Program-made: the position numbers and the translations under genes
Shown: piece by piece, positions 1 to 8,856 of the stretch
Numbering within the stretch: the first letter of the stretch is position 1
How the letters are laid out: each line of letters begins with the position of its first letter
Source of the DNA: Bryobacteraceae bacterium
Lineage (GTDB): Bacteria; Acidobacteriota; Terriglobia; Bryobacterales; Bryobacteraceae
DNA: 64,000 nt
Reading direction: 5' to 3'
Assembly (NCBI GenBank): GCA_036406715.1
Contig: DASXAK010000024.1
Coordinates: 1,617 to 65,616 of the forward strand
The notes under the pieces: model-generated
Seen by the model: only the letters and a program-made list of their open reading frames with translations
The model's database searches: none
Told to the model about the DNA's origin: nothing

Positions 1-14
1 AGGCTGGTCAACCG

Positions 15-1889
15 ATGCCCCGCCCCGCAATGCGCGAGGGTGCACCACCCGAGGATATCGATGAACGGCAGCGGCGCGTGCAACTTCTGTTCGAGCGGCT
101 CATAGCTGACGTGCCTGTCGAACCGAGTGAGAGGAGCGCGGAACAGTCCGCTCGATGGCTCCTGGCGAACCTTCTCGATTGGCACCGCCGGGAGGATAAG
201 GCGAACTGGTGGGAGTTCTACCGATTAAAGGAACTTCCCGATGAGGAGATGTTGGATGAGAAGGCGGCACTCGGTGGCCTAACACCTCTGGGAAGAGTCG
301 GCATGAGTGGTCGGCTGCCAGTGGATCGCTACTCCTTCGAACCCCAGGATACCGACATCCGAATAGGCGATGCTGTGCACTATCGAGGAGATCGAGTTGG
401 CTCCGTCGAAGCGCTGGACTGGGGAAGTCGGCTCATTGACATTAAGAAGTCGAAGAAGATGGCCGACGTGCATCCTCCCGCAATTTACGAGTTCTCCAAC
501 GTCGACCCTCAAGAATTGGCAGAATCTCTATTCAAAATTGGAGCCTCGGTCGCGGACAACGGAATCGATTCGAATGGTCCCTACCGCGCCGCCAGAGACC
601 TGCTCCTCCGCAGACCGCCGCATCTGACCGATCACCAACAAGAAAACCTCGTTCGGCCTGGCGAGGACATACTCCGTGCCGCGAAGCACATCGCGGTCTC
701 TCTAGAGGAATCGGCGCTCGCTGTGCAGGGCCCGCCCGGATCCGGCAAGACATACAATGGCGCCCGGATGATCTGTGAACTCGTCCGGCAAGGCCGGAAG
801 GTGGGAGTGACAGCAACCAGTCACAAGGTCATCCGCCACCTCCTGGAGAAAGTGGTCCAAGCTGCCTCGGAGGAAGGACTCGAAGGCGTGGCCTGTCTTC
901 AGAAAGTCAGCGAGAAGTCTGAGGTCCAGTCACCAACGATCACGGAGGTGACCGGAAACGACGACGTGCTTGCAACCGTGCTCGACGGTACAGCAAGGGT
1001 AGTTGGAGGAACTGCATGGCTGTGGTCGCGACGGGATTTCTATGATGCCGTAGACGTCCTGTTTGTCGACGAAGCCGGTCAAATGTCGCTGGCGAACGTC
1101 GTCGCCGTCTCGCAGGCGGCCAAGAGCGTTGTCCTCCTCGGAGATCCGCAGCAACTCAATCAGCCACTGAAAGGATCCCATCCCGAGGGAGCCGAGGTCT
1201 CCGCTCTGGAACACCTGATGGCCGGCTCCAAGACTGTCCGCCCCGATCAGGGTATATTCCTCCCGGAGACACGGCGGCTCCATCCTGAAATCTGCCAATT
1301 CACTTCCGAAGTGTTCTACGAAGGAAGATTGAATTCATACCCAGGGCTGGAACGTCAGCGAATTGAAGGATACCCCTTGCTTGGGTCCTCCGGTCTGCGG
1401 TTTGTCCCTGTTACTCATCAGGGCAACTCGAACGCCTCACGCGAGGAAGTTGACCGAATTGCGGAACTGGTTGAGGGGCTGGTGCAGAACGATGTCCGAT
1501 GGATTGACACCGGCGGCAGAAACCAACGACTTGGCTGGAACGATATTCTAATCGTCGCTCCGTATAACGCCCAAGTTGCCGATATCTCCGCCCGACTTCA
1601 GAACGCCAGAGTCGGTACAGTCGACAAATTCCAAGGGCAAGAAGCGCCAGTGGTCATCTATTCATTAACCACATCGTCTTCTGAGGAGGCGCCCCGCGGC
1701 ATGGACTTCTTATACAGCCTGAACCGCCTGAACGTGGCCACTTCCCGAGCGCGCGCCGTTTGCGTGGTGGTTGGGAGTCCGAGGCTGATTGAGCCGGAGT
1801 GCAGAACACCGCATCAGATGCGGCTCGCGAATGCACTCTGCCGATTCATCGAACTGTCGGCTGCCCAGCTGATCCCGGCTAGCGGTTGA
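15..1889 (+). CDS. Superfamily-1 (Upf1/DNA2-like) AAA helicase, C-terminal part. The frame is open to the window edge, so the gene is probably 5'-truncated.
   Basis: Walker A GPPGSGKT, motif II LFVDEAGQ, VDKFQGQE and ATSRAR motifs typical of DNA2/NAM7-type SF1 helicases. No stop codon between nt 3 and the first ATG. Confidence 0.8.
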   Translation: MPRPAMREGAPPEDIDERQRRVQLLFERLIADVPVEPSERSAEQSARWLLANLLDWHRREDKANWWEFYRLKELPDEEMLDEKAALGGLTPLGRVGMSGRLPVDRYSFEPQDTDIRIGDAVHYRGDRVGSVEALDWGSRLIDIKKSKKMADVHPPAIYEFSNVDPQELAESLFKIGASVADNGIDSNGPYRAARDLLLRRPPHLTDHQQENLVRPGEDILRAAKHIAVSLEESALAVQGPPGSGKTYNGARMICELVRQGRKVGVTATSHKVIRHLLEKVVQAASEEGLEGVACLQKVSEKSEVQSPTITEVTGNDDVLATVLDGTARVVGGTAWLWSRRDFYDAVDVLFVDEAGQMSLANVVAVSQAAKSVVLLGDPQQLNQPLKGSHPEGAEVSALEHLMAGSKTVRPDQGIFLPETRRLHPEICQFTSEVFYEGRLNSYPGLERQRIEGYPLLGSSGLRFVPVTHQGNSNASREEVDRIAELVEGLVQNDVRWIDTGGRNQRLGWNDILIVAPYNAQVADISARLQNARVGTVDKFQGQEAPVVIYSLTTSSSEEAPRGMDFLYSLNRLNVATSRARAVCVVVGSPRLIEPECRTPHQMRLANALCRFIELSAAQLIPASG

Positions 1890-2928
1890 AGTCGCCCGCT
1901 CCGGGGACCAGTTCGAAGTAAACCCGGCTGGGCAAATCGGTGCGCCAATGGCCTGTCCAGCGCGCATATCCGGTCACACCTAGGAATAGGACGGCCATCG
2001 CCGCGGCGACGGCCCACACGGGCACGCGCCGCCGGCGTGGTCCCGACATCTCCAGGGCGCCCGCTGCCGGGCAACTCGCCACACATTCCATACAGCCCAG
2101 ACACTCGGCGGAGCGGATCGTCACCAGGCAGTCCACCGGAAGCGCAGAGGGGCACGCCTTGGCGCACTTGGCGCAGTCGATACACAAAACCGGGTCGCGC
2201 CGTATCCGCAGCGGGCTGAACATGGAAACCAGGCCCATCAGCGCGCCGTACGGGCAGAGATAACGGCACCAGAAATTCCGCACGAACACGGAAGCGACAA
2301 TCAGAACCGCCAGCACCAGTCCGCCGGTGAAACCGAGAAACCGGAAAAAGTTCAGCATCCGCACGTCTTCCACGAGGCCGTACGGTCCCGCCAGGAAGGC
2401 CCGGATCGCCGACACCGACATGACACCCACCGCGTACACAAACAACCCGAGCAGGATGTATTTCACGCTCCGCAAAGCGAGGTCAAGCCAGCGTGGCAGG
2501 CGGAAGTTGCGTCCGAACGTCTGTTTACCGAGGCGCCAAAGGTATTCGGAAATCGTGCCTACCGGGCACAGCCAACTGCAGAAACTCTTCCGCAGGAGCC
2601 AGGAGATCGTCAGAAATGACAAGAAGAGAAACACGCCGGCCGGGTAAAGCCGTGGGAGTTCGCCGGTTAGGACGATCGCCTTCAGATTCATCAGCGAGGC
2701 GATCGGGAGCCAGCCTTCGACCCCGGGCGGCCGCGACGCCCATTCCGAGCGGCCGCCCGTCTCGAAGTAGCGCACCCACCGGTAAAATTCGATCCCAATC
2801 CAGACGTTCAGGGCCAGGAACGCCAGTTGAAAAACGCGGCGCAGCCGCTGCGAATGGTCAGGCCCCGCGCGTTGAACGATTTTATTCGGGCGGCGTGCCG
2901 GCGTACTGAGGCCGGCTATTGCAGCCAC
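1879..2928 (-). CDS. Membrane-bound polyferredoxin, 4Fe-4S binding protein (NapH/MauN/YccM-like)
   Basis: Two CxxCxxCxxxCP motifs (CIDCAKCAKACP, CLGCMECVASCP), CSWLCP and CRYLCP pairs, and several hydrophobic helices. GTG start at 2928. Confidence 0.8.
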   Translation of the reverse strand: MAAIAGLSTPARRPNKIVQRAGPDHSQRLRRVFQLAFLALNVWIGIEFYRWVRYFETGGRSEWASRPPGVEGWLPIASLMNLKAIVLTGELPRLYPAGVFLFLSFLTISWLLRKSFCSWLCPVGTISEYLWRLGKQTFGRNFRLPRWLDLALRSVKYILLGLFVYAVGVMSVSAIRAFLAGPYGLVEDVRMLNFFRFLGFTGGLVLAVLIVASVFVRNFWCRYLCPYGALMGLVSMFSPLRIRRDPVLCIDCAKCAKACPSALPVDCLVTIRSAECLGCMECVASCPAAGALEMSGPRRRRVPVWAVAAAMAVLFLGVTGYARWTGHWRTDLPSRVYFELVPGAGDFNR

Positions 2929-3062
2929 TGAATTCCGTAGTAGAGGCCACCGAAAACCACGACCGAGAGTACGCTAACCGCAAACCAGCGGACATACCGC
3001 TCCTTGTTGCTGATTTGCAGGTGCTCGTCGTTCCGAATTTGATCCGCGAGGCAATCGAACAT
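2916..3062 (-). CDS. 48-aa small tail-anchored membrane protein, below the ORF-track cutoff
   Basis: ATG at 3062 preceded by AAGGAGGAC at 6-nt spacing. Peptide MFDCLADQIRNDEHLQISNKERYVRWFAVSVLSVVVFGGLYYGIQWLQ has a C-terminal TM helix. Third-position GC is about 70 percent. Its stop overlaps the GTG start of the polyferredoxin gene. Confidence 0.45.
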   Translation of the reverse strand: MFDCLADQIRNDEHLQISNKERYVRWFAVSVLSVVVFGGLYYGIQWLQ

Positions 3063-3252
3063 AACGTCCTCCTTGGGGCTCACTGCCCGAATTGGATAAT
3101 TTCAGTCCATCGACTCTGAAATAAAGACGGCCGGCGAAGGTCCGGAGGTTACAGGAAATCGAATACCCGCCGATGAGGGGACCGCAACCCGCATCGGGGG
3201 AATTGTAGGATTTCACCATAACGGATACGATTAGTCCAAATAGGGCGTTCGC

Positions 3253-3266
3253 GTGACCAAGGTCAC
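3253..3266. promoter_or_regulatory. Perfect 14-bp palindrome GTGACCAAGGTCAC, candidate operator upstream of the NO reductase gene
   Basis: 6-2-6 inverted repeat about 50 nt upstream of ATG 3317 and about 20 nt downstream of a sigma70-like pair, TTGTAG (3203-3208) N17 TACGAT (3226-3231). Confidence 0.3.
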
Positions 3267-3316
3267 TGCCGGGCCTGTTGATTGCCGCTTACGCTGTCTA
3301 TGAAAAGGAACCTTCC

Positions 3317-5578
3317 ATGAAGAAGCTTTGGATCAGCTTTGCGATTGTGTTCTTCGGGTCCTTTGCCGTGCTCGGCTGGATCGGCACCCGAATTTACCAG
3401 GAGATGCCGCCCATTCCGGCGCGCGTAGTGGATACGAACGGCGCGGCGGTGGTGGCCGATGGAGACATTCAAAAAGGTCAGAACGTCTGGCAGGCCCTCG
3501 GTGGAATGGAGGTTGGCTCGGTGTGGGGCCATGGCAGCTACGTCGCTCCCGACTGGACCGCCGATTGGCTGCATCGCGAAGCGACCTTCGTCCTGAACGA
3601 ATGGGCCGCCAGCGACTACGGCAGGCCCTACGATCAGCTCGCCGCCGAGGACCAGGCGCGATTGCGCGGGCGCCTTGAAGAAATGTACCGCGGCAATCGC
3701 TACGACGCGGGCACACAGACCGTGCGGATCGACCCGGTGCGGGCGAAGGCGTTCGAATCGAACCTGCGGCATTTTTCCGATGTCTTTATGAACGGTGACA
3801 CGGCGTATGCGATTCCTCGCAGCAGCGTCAATACGCCCGAGCGCATGCGGCAACTGGCCGCGTTCTTTTTCTGGACGGCTTGGTCGGCCGCAGTCGACCG
3901 GCCGGGCGACCGTGTTTCCTATACCCACAATTGGCCCTACGAGCCGCTGGTCGGCAACCGGCCCACCGGCGAGAGCGTGATGTGGACCGGCGTCAGCATC
4001 ATCATGCTCCTGGCGGGCATCTGCGCCATGGTGTGGTGGTACGCGTCGCAGAAAGCCGAGCAGGAAGGCCGCGAACCCGTTCCGGCGAACGACCCGCTGG
4101 GAAGCTGGAGGGCTACGCCGTCGCAGCGTGCGACGCTCAAATATTTCTGGGTAGTCTCGGCGCTCATCCTGGTGCAGATCCTGATGGGCGTGGTGACGGC
4201 GCACTACGGTGTGGAGGGTGATGGATTTTACGGCATCAAGCTCTCGAACATTCTTCCCTACAGCGTGACCCGCACGTGGCACGTGCAAGTCGGCATCTTC
4301 TGGATTGCGACCGCCTGGCTGGCTGCGGGGCTATTTATCGGTCCCCTGGTCAGCGGCTATGAGCCGAAGTTCCAGCGGCTCGGGGTGCACGTGCTGTTCG
4401 GTGCACTGCTGGTTATAGTGGCGGGGTCGCTCACGGGCGAATGGATGAGCATCCGTAACAAGCTCTCGGATGCCAATTCGTTTCTTTGGGGACATCAGGG
4501 ATATGAATACGTCGATCTGGGGCGCGGATGGCAGATCCTCCTGTTTGTAGGCCTGTTGATCTGGCTTTTCCTGGTGGTGCGGGCCATTCGGCCGGCGCTC
4601 AAGAACGGCGGTGGCGGCGAGCACCGGCAACTGCTGTGGCTGTTCCTCATGTCGGCGGCAGCGATCGGTTTGTTCTACGGGGCCGGCCTGACGTGGGGAC
4701 AGCACACTCATCTGTCGATCGTCGAATACTGGCGCTGGTGGGTGGTGCACCTGTGGGTGGAAGGCTTCTTCGAGGTGTTTGCGACTACCGTCATCGCCTT
4801 CTTCTTTACCCGGCTGGGCCTGATCCGTCCGGGGCTGGCGGCGCGTGCGGCTTTGCTCTCGGCAACGATCTTCCTGGCGGGCGGAATCATCGGGACCTGT
4901 CATCACCTCTACTTCTCGGGCACGCCGACCGTCGCGCTGGCGTTCGGTTCCGTATTCAGCGCCCTCGAAGTGGTGCCGCTTACGTTTGTCGCCTACGCCG
5001 CAATCGACGATCTGCGCCGCGGAAGACTGACCATCTGGGCGGAGCGATACCGCTGGCCTGTGTACTTCTTCGTGGCGGTGGCGTTCTGGAACATGGTGGG
5101 CGCGGGTCTGTTCGGGTTCATGATCAACCCTCCCATCGCGCTTTACTTCATGCAAGGTCTCAACACGACTCCGTTGCACGGCCATGCGGCGTTGTTCGGC
5201 GTGTACGGAATGCTCGGAATCGGGCTGATGCTGGTCTGCCTGCGAGCCATGAGCCAAAACCTCAATTGGAAAGAGAACTGGCTCAAACTTGCATTCTGGG
5301 GAATGAACGGCGGGTTGTTCCTGATGTGCGTCGGCAGCCTGCTTCCGGTAGGGCTGGCTCAGACTTGGGCTTCTGTCGAGCACGGCTACTGGTTTGCGCG
5401 CAGCAGCGAGTTCCTGCAATCGCCCCTGATGCAAACGCTGCGGTGGATGCGAGTGCCGGGCGATACCATCTTCGCGATCGGCGCGCTCATCCTGGTGGCG
5501 TTCGTCTTCTTCGGGCGCAAGGGCGGGAAGCAGACTGTAGAGATTCCCCACGGGATGCGGGTACCGGCCGGCGACTAG
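3317..5578 (+). CDS. norB: Nitric-oxide reductase large subunit, quinol-dependent type (qNOR)
   Basis: Heme-copper oxidase-like polytopic core with a roughly 250-aa N-terminal extension that lacks CxxCH. Start moved from 3278 to ATG 3317 (MKKLWISF...) behind AAAAGGAA. Confidence 0.85.
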   Translation: MKKLWISFAIVFFGSFAVLGWIGTRIYQEMPPIPARVVDTNGAAVVADGDIQKGQNVWQALGGMEVGSVWGHGSYVAPDWTADWLHREATFVLNEWAASDYGRPYDQLAAEDQARLRGRLEEMYRGNRYDAGTQTVRIDPVRAKAFESNLRHFSDVFMNGDTAYAIPRSSVNTPERMRQLAAFFFWTAWSAAVDRPGDRVSYTHNWPYEPLVGNRPTGESVMWTGVSIIMLLAGICAMVWWYASQKAEQEGREPVPANDPLGSWRATPSQRATLKYFWVVSALILVQILMGVVTAHYGVEGDGFYGIKLSNILPYSVTRTWHVQVGIFWIATAWLAAGLFIGPLVSGYEPKFQRLGVHVLFGALLVIVAGSLTGEWMSIRNKLSDANSFLWGHQGYEYVDLGRGWQILLFVGLLIWLFLVVRAIRPALKNGGGGEHRQLLWLFLMSAAAIGLFYGAGLTWGQHTHLSIVEYWRWWVVHLWVEGFFEVFATTVIAFFFTRLGLIRPGLAARAALLSATIFLAGGIIGTCHHLYFSGTPTVALAFGSVFSALEVVPLTFVAYAAIDDLRRGRLTIWAERYRWPVYFFVAVAFWNMVGAGLFGFMINPPIALYFMQGLNTTPLHGHAALFGVYGMLGIGLMLVCLRAMSQNLNWKENWLKLAFWGMNGGLFLMCVGSLLPVGLAQTWASVEHGYWFARSSEFLQSPLMQTLRWMRVPGDTIFAIGALILVAFVFFGRKGGKQTVEIPHGMRVPAGD

Positions 5579-5582
5579 CGGT

Positions 5583-6311
5583 CTACGCCGCAGGTCGGAA
5601 ATGCACCGAGAGGGCGTGAGCGGTCGCGAAGGCGATCTGCTTTTGCGCTGTCAACGCGGTTGAGGGTACGGATTCGAAGGCCGCCGACCAGAGATTCTGC
5701 GAGCTTCCCGTGCTCAGGAGTTCGGCAGTGACGCGCAGGCGCCCTCGCGCCTGACGCACCGTCCCGGTAAGCAGCGCTTCGATGTGGGCCCGCTCCCGGC
5801 GGCTCTGTTTTCCCGAGAGAACACGCACAGCGGTCGAGAGGTCCAGCTCCCGGATCAGAACCCGGGTCAGGTCATCCGCAAATCGCGCGCAGCAGCTTCG
5901 GTTCGACGCCTCAAACGGCAGGACCGCAATCAGCACGGGGGCCACCGGCTGCGATGCGGCTGGGCGTAGCCGGAATTCCGGAACATAAGAGCCGCGGGGA
6001 TAGTCGATGATCACCTTGTCTTGCGCCCCGTCGGAGTCATAGTAGGCACGCAATTTAGCACGGAGTCGCCGGGCCTCGACCCGGACAATAGGGTCAATCC
6101 GTGGGTCGTGTGCCGCCGGCCGGTCGAAAACCTCAATCCCCAGCACGTATTCTTTCAACTCGTGGCTCCGCCCAGCGAGGCGATACCCGATCGTGAACTC
6201 GAGAAACCGGCGGAGCCGTTCGGATCGGAAAAACAAAGGGTGACGCAGAATCCGATCAAGCTGGGGGTGCACGTCAGTCGGATCAGTGATTTCTGCTCGG
6301 CAAGGAGACAT
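5583..6311 (-). CDS. Regulatory protein with a winged-helix-like activator module and a TolB-N-like C-terminal domain
   Basis: The segment LKEYVLGIEVFDRPAAHDPRIDPIVRVEARRLRAKLRAYY followed by VLIAVLPFEA... is the same module seen in the kinase at 56163. Confidence 0.6.
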   Translation of the reverse strand: MSPCRAEITDPTDVHPQLDRILRHPLFFRSERLRRFLEFTIGYRLAGRSHELKEYVLGIEVFDRPAAHDPRIDPIVRVEARRLRAKLRAYYDSDGAQDKVIIDYPRGSYVPEFRLRPAASQPVAPVLIAVLPFEASNRSCCARFADDLTRVLIRELDLSTAVRVLSGKQSRRERAHIEALLTGTVRQARGRLRVTAELLSTGSSQNLWSAAFESVPSTALTAQKQIAFATAHALSVHFRPAA

Positions 6312-6336
6312 TTTCTAACCTGTCCCTAGAATAGAC

Positions 6337-6382
6337 TTGACAATGTATCAATTCAAGTAAAATATTGTATCTAGGACAATGT
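6337..6382. promoter_or_regulatory. AT-rich divergent promoter/operator region between the wHTH gene and the MocR gene
   Basis: Consensus TTGACA at 6337-6342 with TAAAAT/AAATAT downstream. Direct repeats GACAATGT (6339, 6375) and TGTATC (6344, 6366). Confidence 0.35.
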
Positions 6383-7737
6383 GGAAACCTGATATTGAAC
6401 ATCGGGAGGGACCGCCCGCGCAGCGGATCGTCGAGGCACTGGCCGAAGCAGTAAACGATGGCCGGCTGCCCGTGGGGGCGCAGTTGCCGCCACACCGCGA
6501 CCTGGCGGAGTCGTTGGGAGTAGCCGTCGGCACCGTGAGCCGGGCGTACGCTCTGGCCAGGGAACGCGGCCTGATCACCGGGACCGTCGGGCGCGGCACG
6601 TTTGTGGCGGCCGCGAGCGATGGGGAGGAGGACAGCGGCGGTGAGATCGACCTGACGCAGAACTATGTTCGCTGGGACCCGGGCGAATCCGTCGCCCAGT
6701 TGCTGCGCGCGGCTCTCCGGGAGCGGAATGACCTCCGCAACCTGTTGGAGACCTATAGCGACCCGGCGGGCCGAGAGGATCACCGGAGCGCAGCGGCTCG
6801 ATGGCTGGCGCGCAGAGGTTTCGCCGCAGAACCGAAGCGGGTGGTGCTGACAAACGGAGCCCAGCACGGGTTGATGGCTGTGCTCAGCGCCCTGACGAAA
6901 CCCGGCGATCTGATCGCCACCGAGTGCCTGACCTATACAGGATTCAAGAGCCTGGCGGCCCAATTCAATTTGCGTCTGGCGGGATTGCCGATCGATTCCG
7001 AGGGCATCATTCCGGATGCCCTGGACCGGTTGTGCGCCGGCGGCAAAGTTCGCATCCTTTATCTCATTCCCACACTGCACAATCCCACCGGCGCGCTGAT
7101 GTCGGAAGACCGGCGCGAGACCGTTGCGGATATCGCGCGCCACTACAACGTGACAGTGCTTGAAGACGACATCTATGCATTCCTGGCCGATCACGCGCCG
7201 CCGCCCATCGCAGCATTTGCTCCGGAGCGATGCTACGCGGTCACGAGCCTTTCGAAGAGCGTATTTCCCGGCTTACGCCTGGGCTTCGTAGTGTGCCCGC
7301 CGGGCGGCGCCGAGCGCGTGACGGCCGCGATCCGGACCAGCTCGATGATGGTGTCGCCGCTGCTGGCGGCCATCGGAACAGGCTGGCTGCAGGATGGCAC
7401 GGCCGACCGCATCATCGAATGGAAGCGGAATGAAATGCAGTGGCGATGGCAGATGGCGACGCGGTTCTTCGGCATGGACACGCGCGATCTGCATTTTGCG
7501 GCGCACCTGTGGCTGCCTTTGGGTGGAAGTGGCCCTGTCGACGATTTCGTCGCACGCGTCAGGGCTCGCGGCGTGCGCGTGGCGGCGGGCGAGGCGTTTG
7601 CTGTGGATTCGGAAGCGGCGCCTCGCGCGATCCGGATGGCAGTCGGCGTCCCGGTCACGCGGGCCCGGTTGCAGCAGGCGCTTCAGGTGATATCGGACGT
7701 GATCGAGTCCCGCCCGGCGCCGGCGCAATTGATTTAA
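6379..7737 (+). CDS. MocR-family regulator (GntR-type HTH fused to a class I/II aminotransferase-like PLP domain)
   Basis: N-terminal HTH (LPPHRDLAESLGVAVGTVSRAY) and a C-terminal aminotransferase fold (YLIPTLHNPTG, SLSKS). Confidence 0.85.
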   Translation: MWKPDIEHREGPPAQRIVEALAEAVNDGRLPVGAQLPPHRDLAESLGVAVGTVSRAYALARERGLITGTVGRGTFVAAASDGEEDSGGEIDLTQNYVRWDPGESVAQLLRAALRERNDLRNLLETYSDPAGREDHRSAAARWLARRGFAAEPKRVVLTNGAQHGLMAVLSALTKPGDLIATECLTYTGFKSLAAQFNLRLAGLPIDSEGIIPDALDRLCAGGKVRILYLIPTLHNPTGALMSEDRRETVADIARHYNVTVLEDDIYAFLADHAPPPIAAFAPERCYAVTSLSKSVFPGLRLGFVVCPPGGAERVTAAIRTSSMMVSPLLAAIGTGWLQDGTADRIIEWKRNEMQWRWQMATRFFGMDTRDLHFAAHLWLPLGGSGPVDDFVARVRARGVRVAAGEAFAVDSEAAPRAIRMAVGVPVTRARLQQALQVISDVIESRPAPAQLI

Positions 7738-8561
7738 GCGGCCGGAAACAGGGGCGCACCCGAGATTCGTTCCATCGCCGCCAAGGCTCGCTCAATCGGA
7801 CAGCGGGGCATCGCGAGTTCAACCGCCACGGCCCGTTTCAGCTCCGCAAGGTTCGCAAGCTCGGTCTGGACGCTGGCGCTGCCCCGGTGAAGCATGAGAT
7901 GGCGATCGAACAGTTCCACCGAGTGGTCTTCGAAAATCTGGACGATTCGGAGATGATTCATGAACGTCTGGCCGGCAGCGAAGGATTTCCGAATGACGGG
8001 CTCGAAGAACGCAGCCGCGCGCGGCGGGTCATGCACAACGTATCCGTGTACGCGCTGGCCTCCGGAGAGCGATTTCAATTCGTAGGCATTCGGATGGGCA
8101 TTGGGGCCGAGAATGTATTGGATGCTGCCCTCGAAAAAAACGTGCGGTACGCGGTCAAGGCGGAGCGGCTCGCGAAACGGACCGCCATAGCCGCAATCGA
8201 CGTGATAGGGAATGCCGTCGACGCGAACGCGGATACAAGTGTGGATGTCGGGCACGCTCATATCGGCGCCAAGCAGATCGGCGTCGTAGCCGAGGTGACG
8301 GAGCAGGCCCGTCAGATAAGGATTGCAGGTATAACAGGTGCCGCCGAGGTCGTAGCGTTCGATGCCGTCCAGAAATTCCTCGAGCGAAAAAGCGCGGCCC
8401 GCGCCCTCTCGCTCATAGAGCAAAAGCTTAGAGACGTTTTCAAACGGCACGCGCAGGACGTGCCGGCGCACGATTTCCTGCAAGCCTGCGAGCCCTGAAG
8501 GAACGCCTTCGATACCGAGCCGGCGGAGGTATCGCGCATAGAGTTCGGACTCCGGGAGCAT
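7734..8561 (-). CDS. Arylamine N-acetyltransferase family protein
   Basis: RVPFENVS and the GGTCYTCN active-site Cys region. Start trimmed from 8930 to ATG 8561 because the long N-terminal extension runs across the riboswitch and the neighbouring gene. Confidence 0.75.
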   Translation of the reverse strand: MLPESELYARYLRRLGIEGVPSGLAGLQEIVRRHVLRVPFENVSKLLLYEREGAGRAFSLEEFLDGIERYDLGGTCYTCNPYLTGLLRHLGYDADLLGADMSVPDIHTCIRVRVDGIPYHVDCGYGGPFREPLRLDRVPHVFFEGSIQYILGPNAHPNAYELKSLSGGQRVHGYVVHDPPRAAAFFEPVIRKSFAAGQTFMNHLRIVQIFEDHSVELFDRHLMLHRGSASVQTELANLAELKRAVAVELAMPRCPIERALAAMERISGAPLFPAA

Positions 8562-8606
8562 CTCTGCTGATTCTAACGCCGAGGATCTGGTATCCTGGGT
8601 TTTTCG

Positions 8607-8790
8607 CGGTAGAGGTGCGGCGGCCATGAGTAGCCCGGCCGGAGTTCCGATTGCGCTTCGGAGGCTCGGGGGGAAAGGGGCCGGCAGTATTCCGCCGAAA
8701 CCGGGGAGGCAGCACAAGCCCATCCGGTTGGGGAGCCTGGTTAATACCGGCTCACTGTCACCCGTAGCTAGAGCGGGTGGAGCGCTATCG
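8607..8790 (+). promoter_or_regulatory. Lysine riboswitch (L-box) aptamer
   Basis: - P1: CGGUAG (8607-8612) pairs with CUAUCG (8785-8790).
- Conserved AGAGGUGCG, AUGAGUAG, CCGAA and UGG segments.
- ACUGUCAC followed by hairpin CACCCG...CGGGUG, then GAGCGCUA.
- Colinear with the B. subtilis and T. maritima L-box layout (P1-P5).
- Sits upstream of a lysine biosynthesis operon. Confidence 0.85.
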
Positions 8791-8856
8791 GGAATGAAAC
8801 ACGCGAGCCGTCCCCGCGTATTTTCCTTCTCGCGCGCCTCCCTCCCCGATGATGGT

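Noticed and set aside
3263-5551. Long minus-strand ORFs (3263-4288 at 341 aa, 4331-5551 at 406 aa) and plus-strand alternate-frame ORFs inside the qNOR gene
   Set aside because: They are Arg/Pro/Gly-rich translations with no motifs and lie entirely within a well-supported heme-copper oxidase frame. This is the typical high-GC antisense artefact.
7440-8498. 352-aa plus-strand ORF antisense to the N-acetyltransferase gene
   Set aside because: No recognisable domain and a low-complexity Arg/Gly composition. The opposite strand carries clear NAT motifs.
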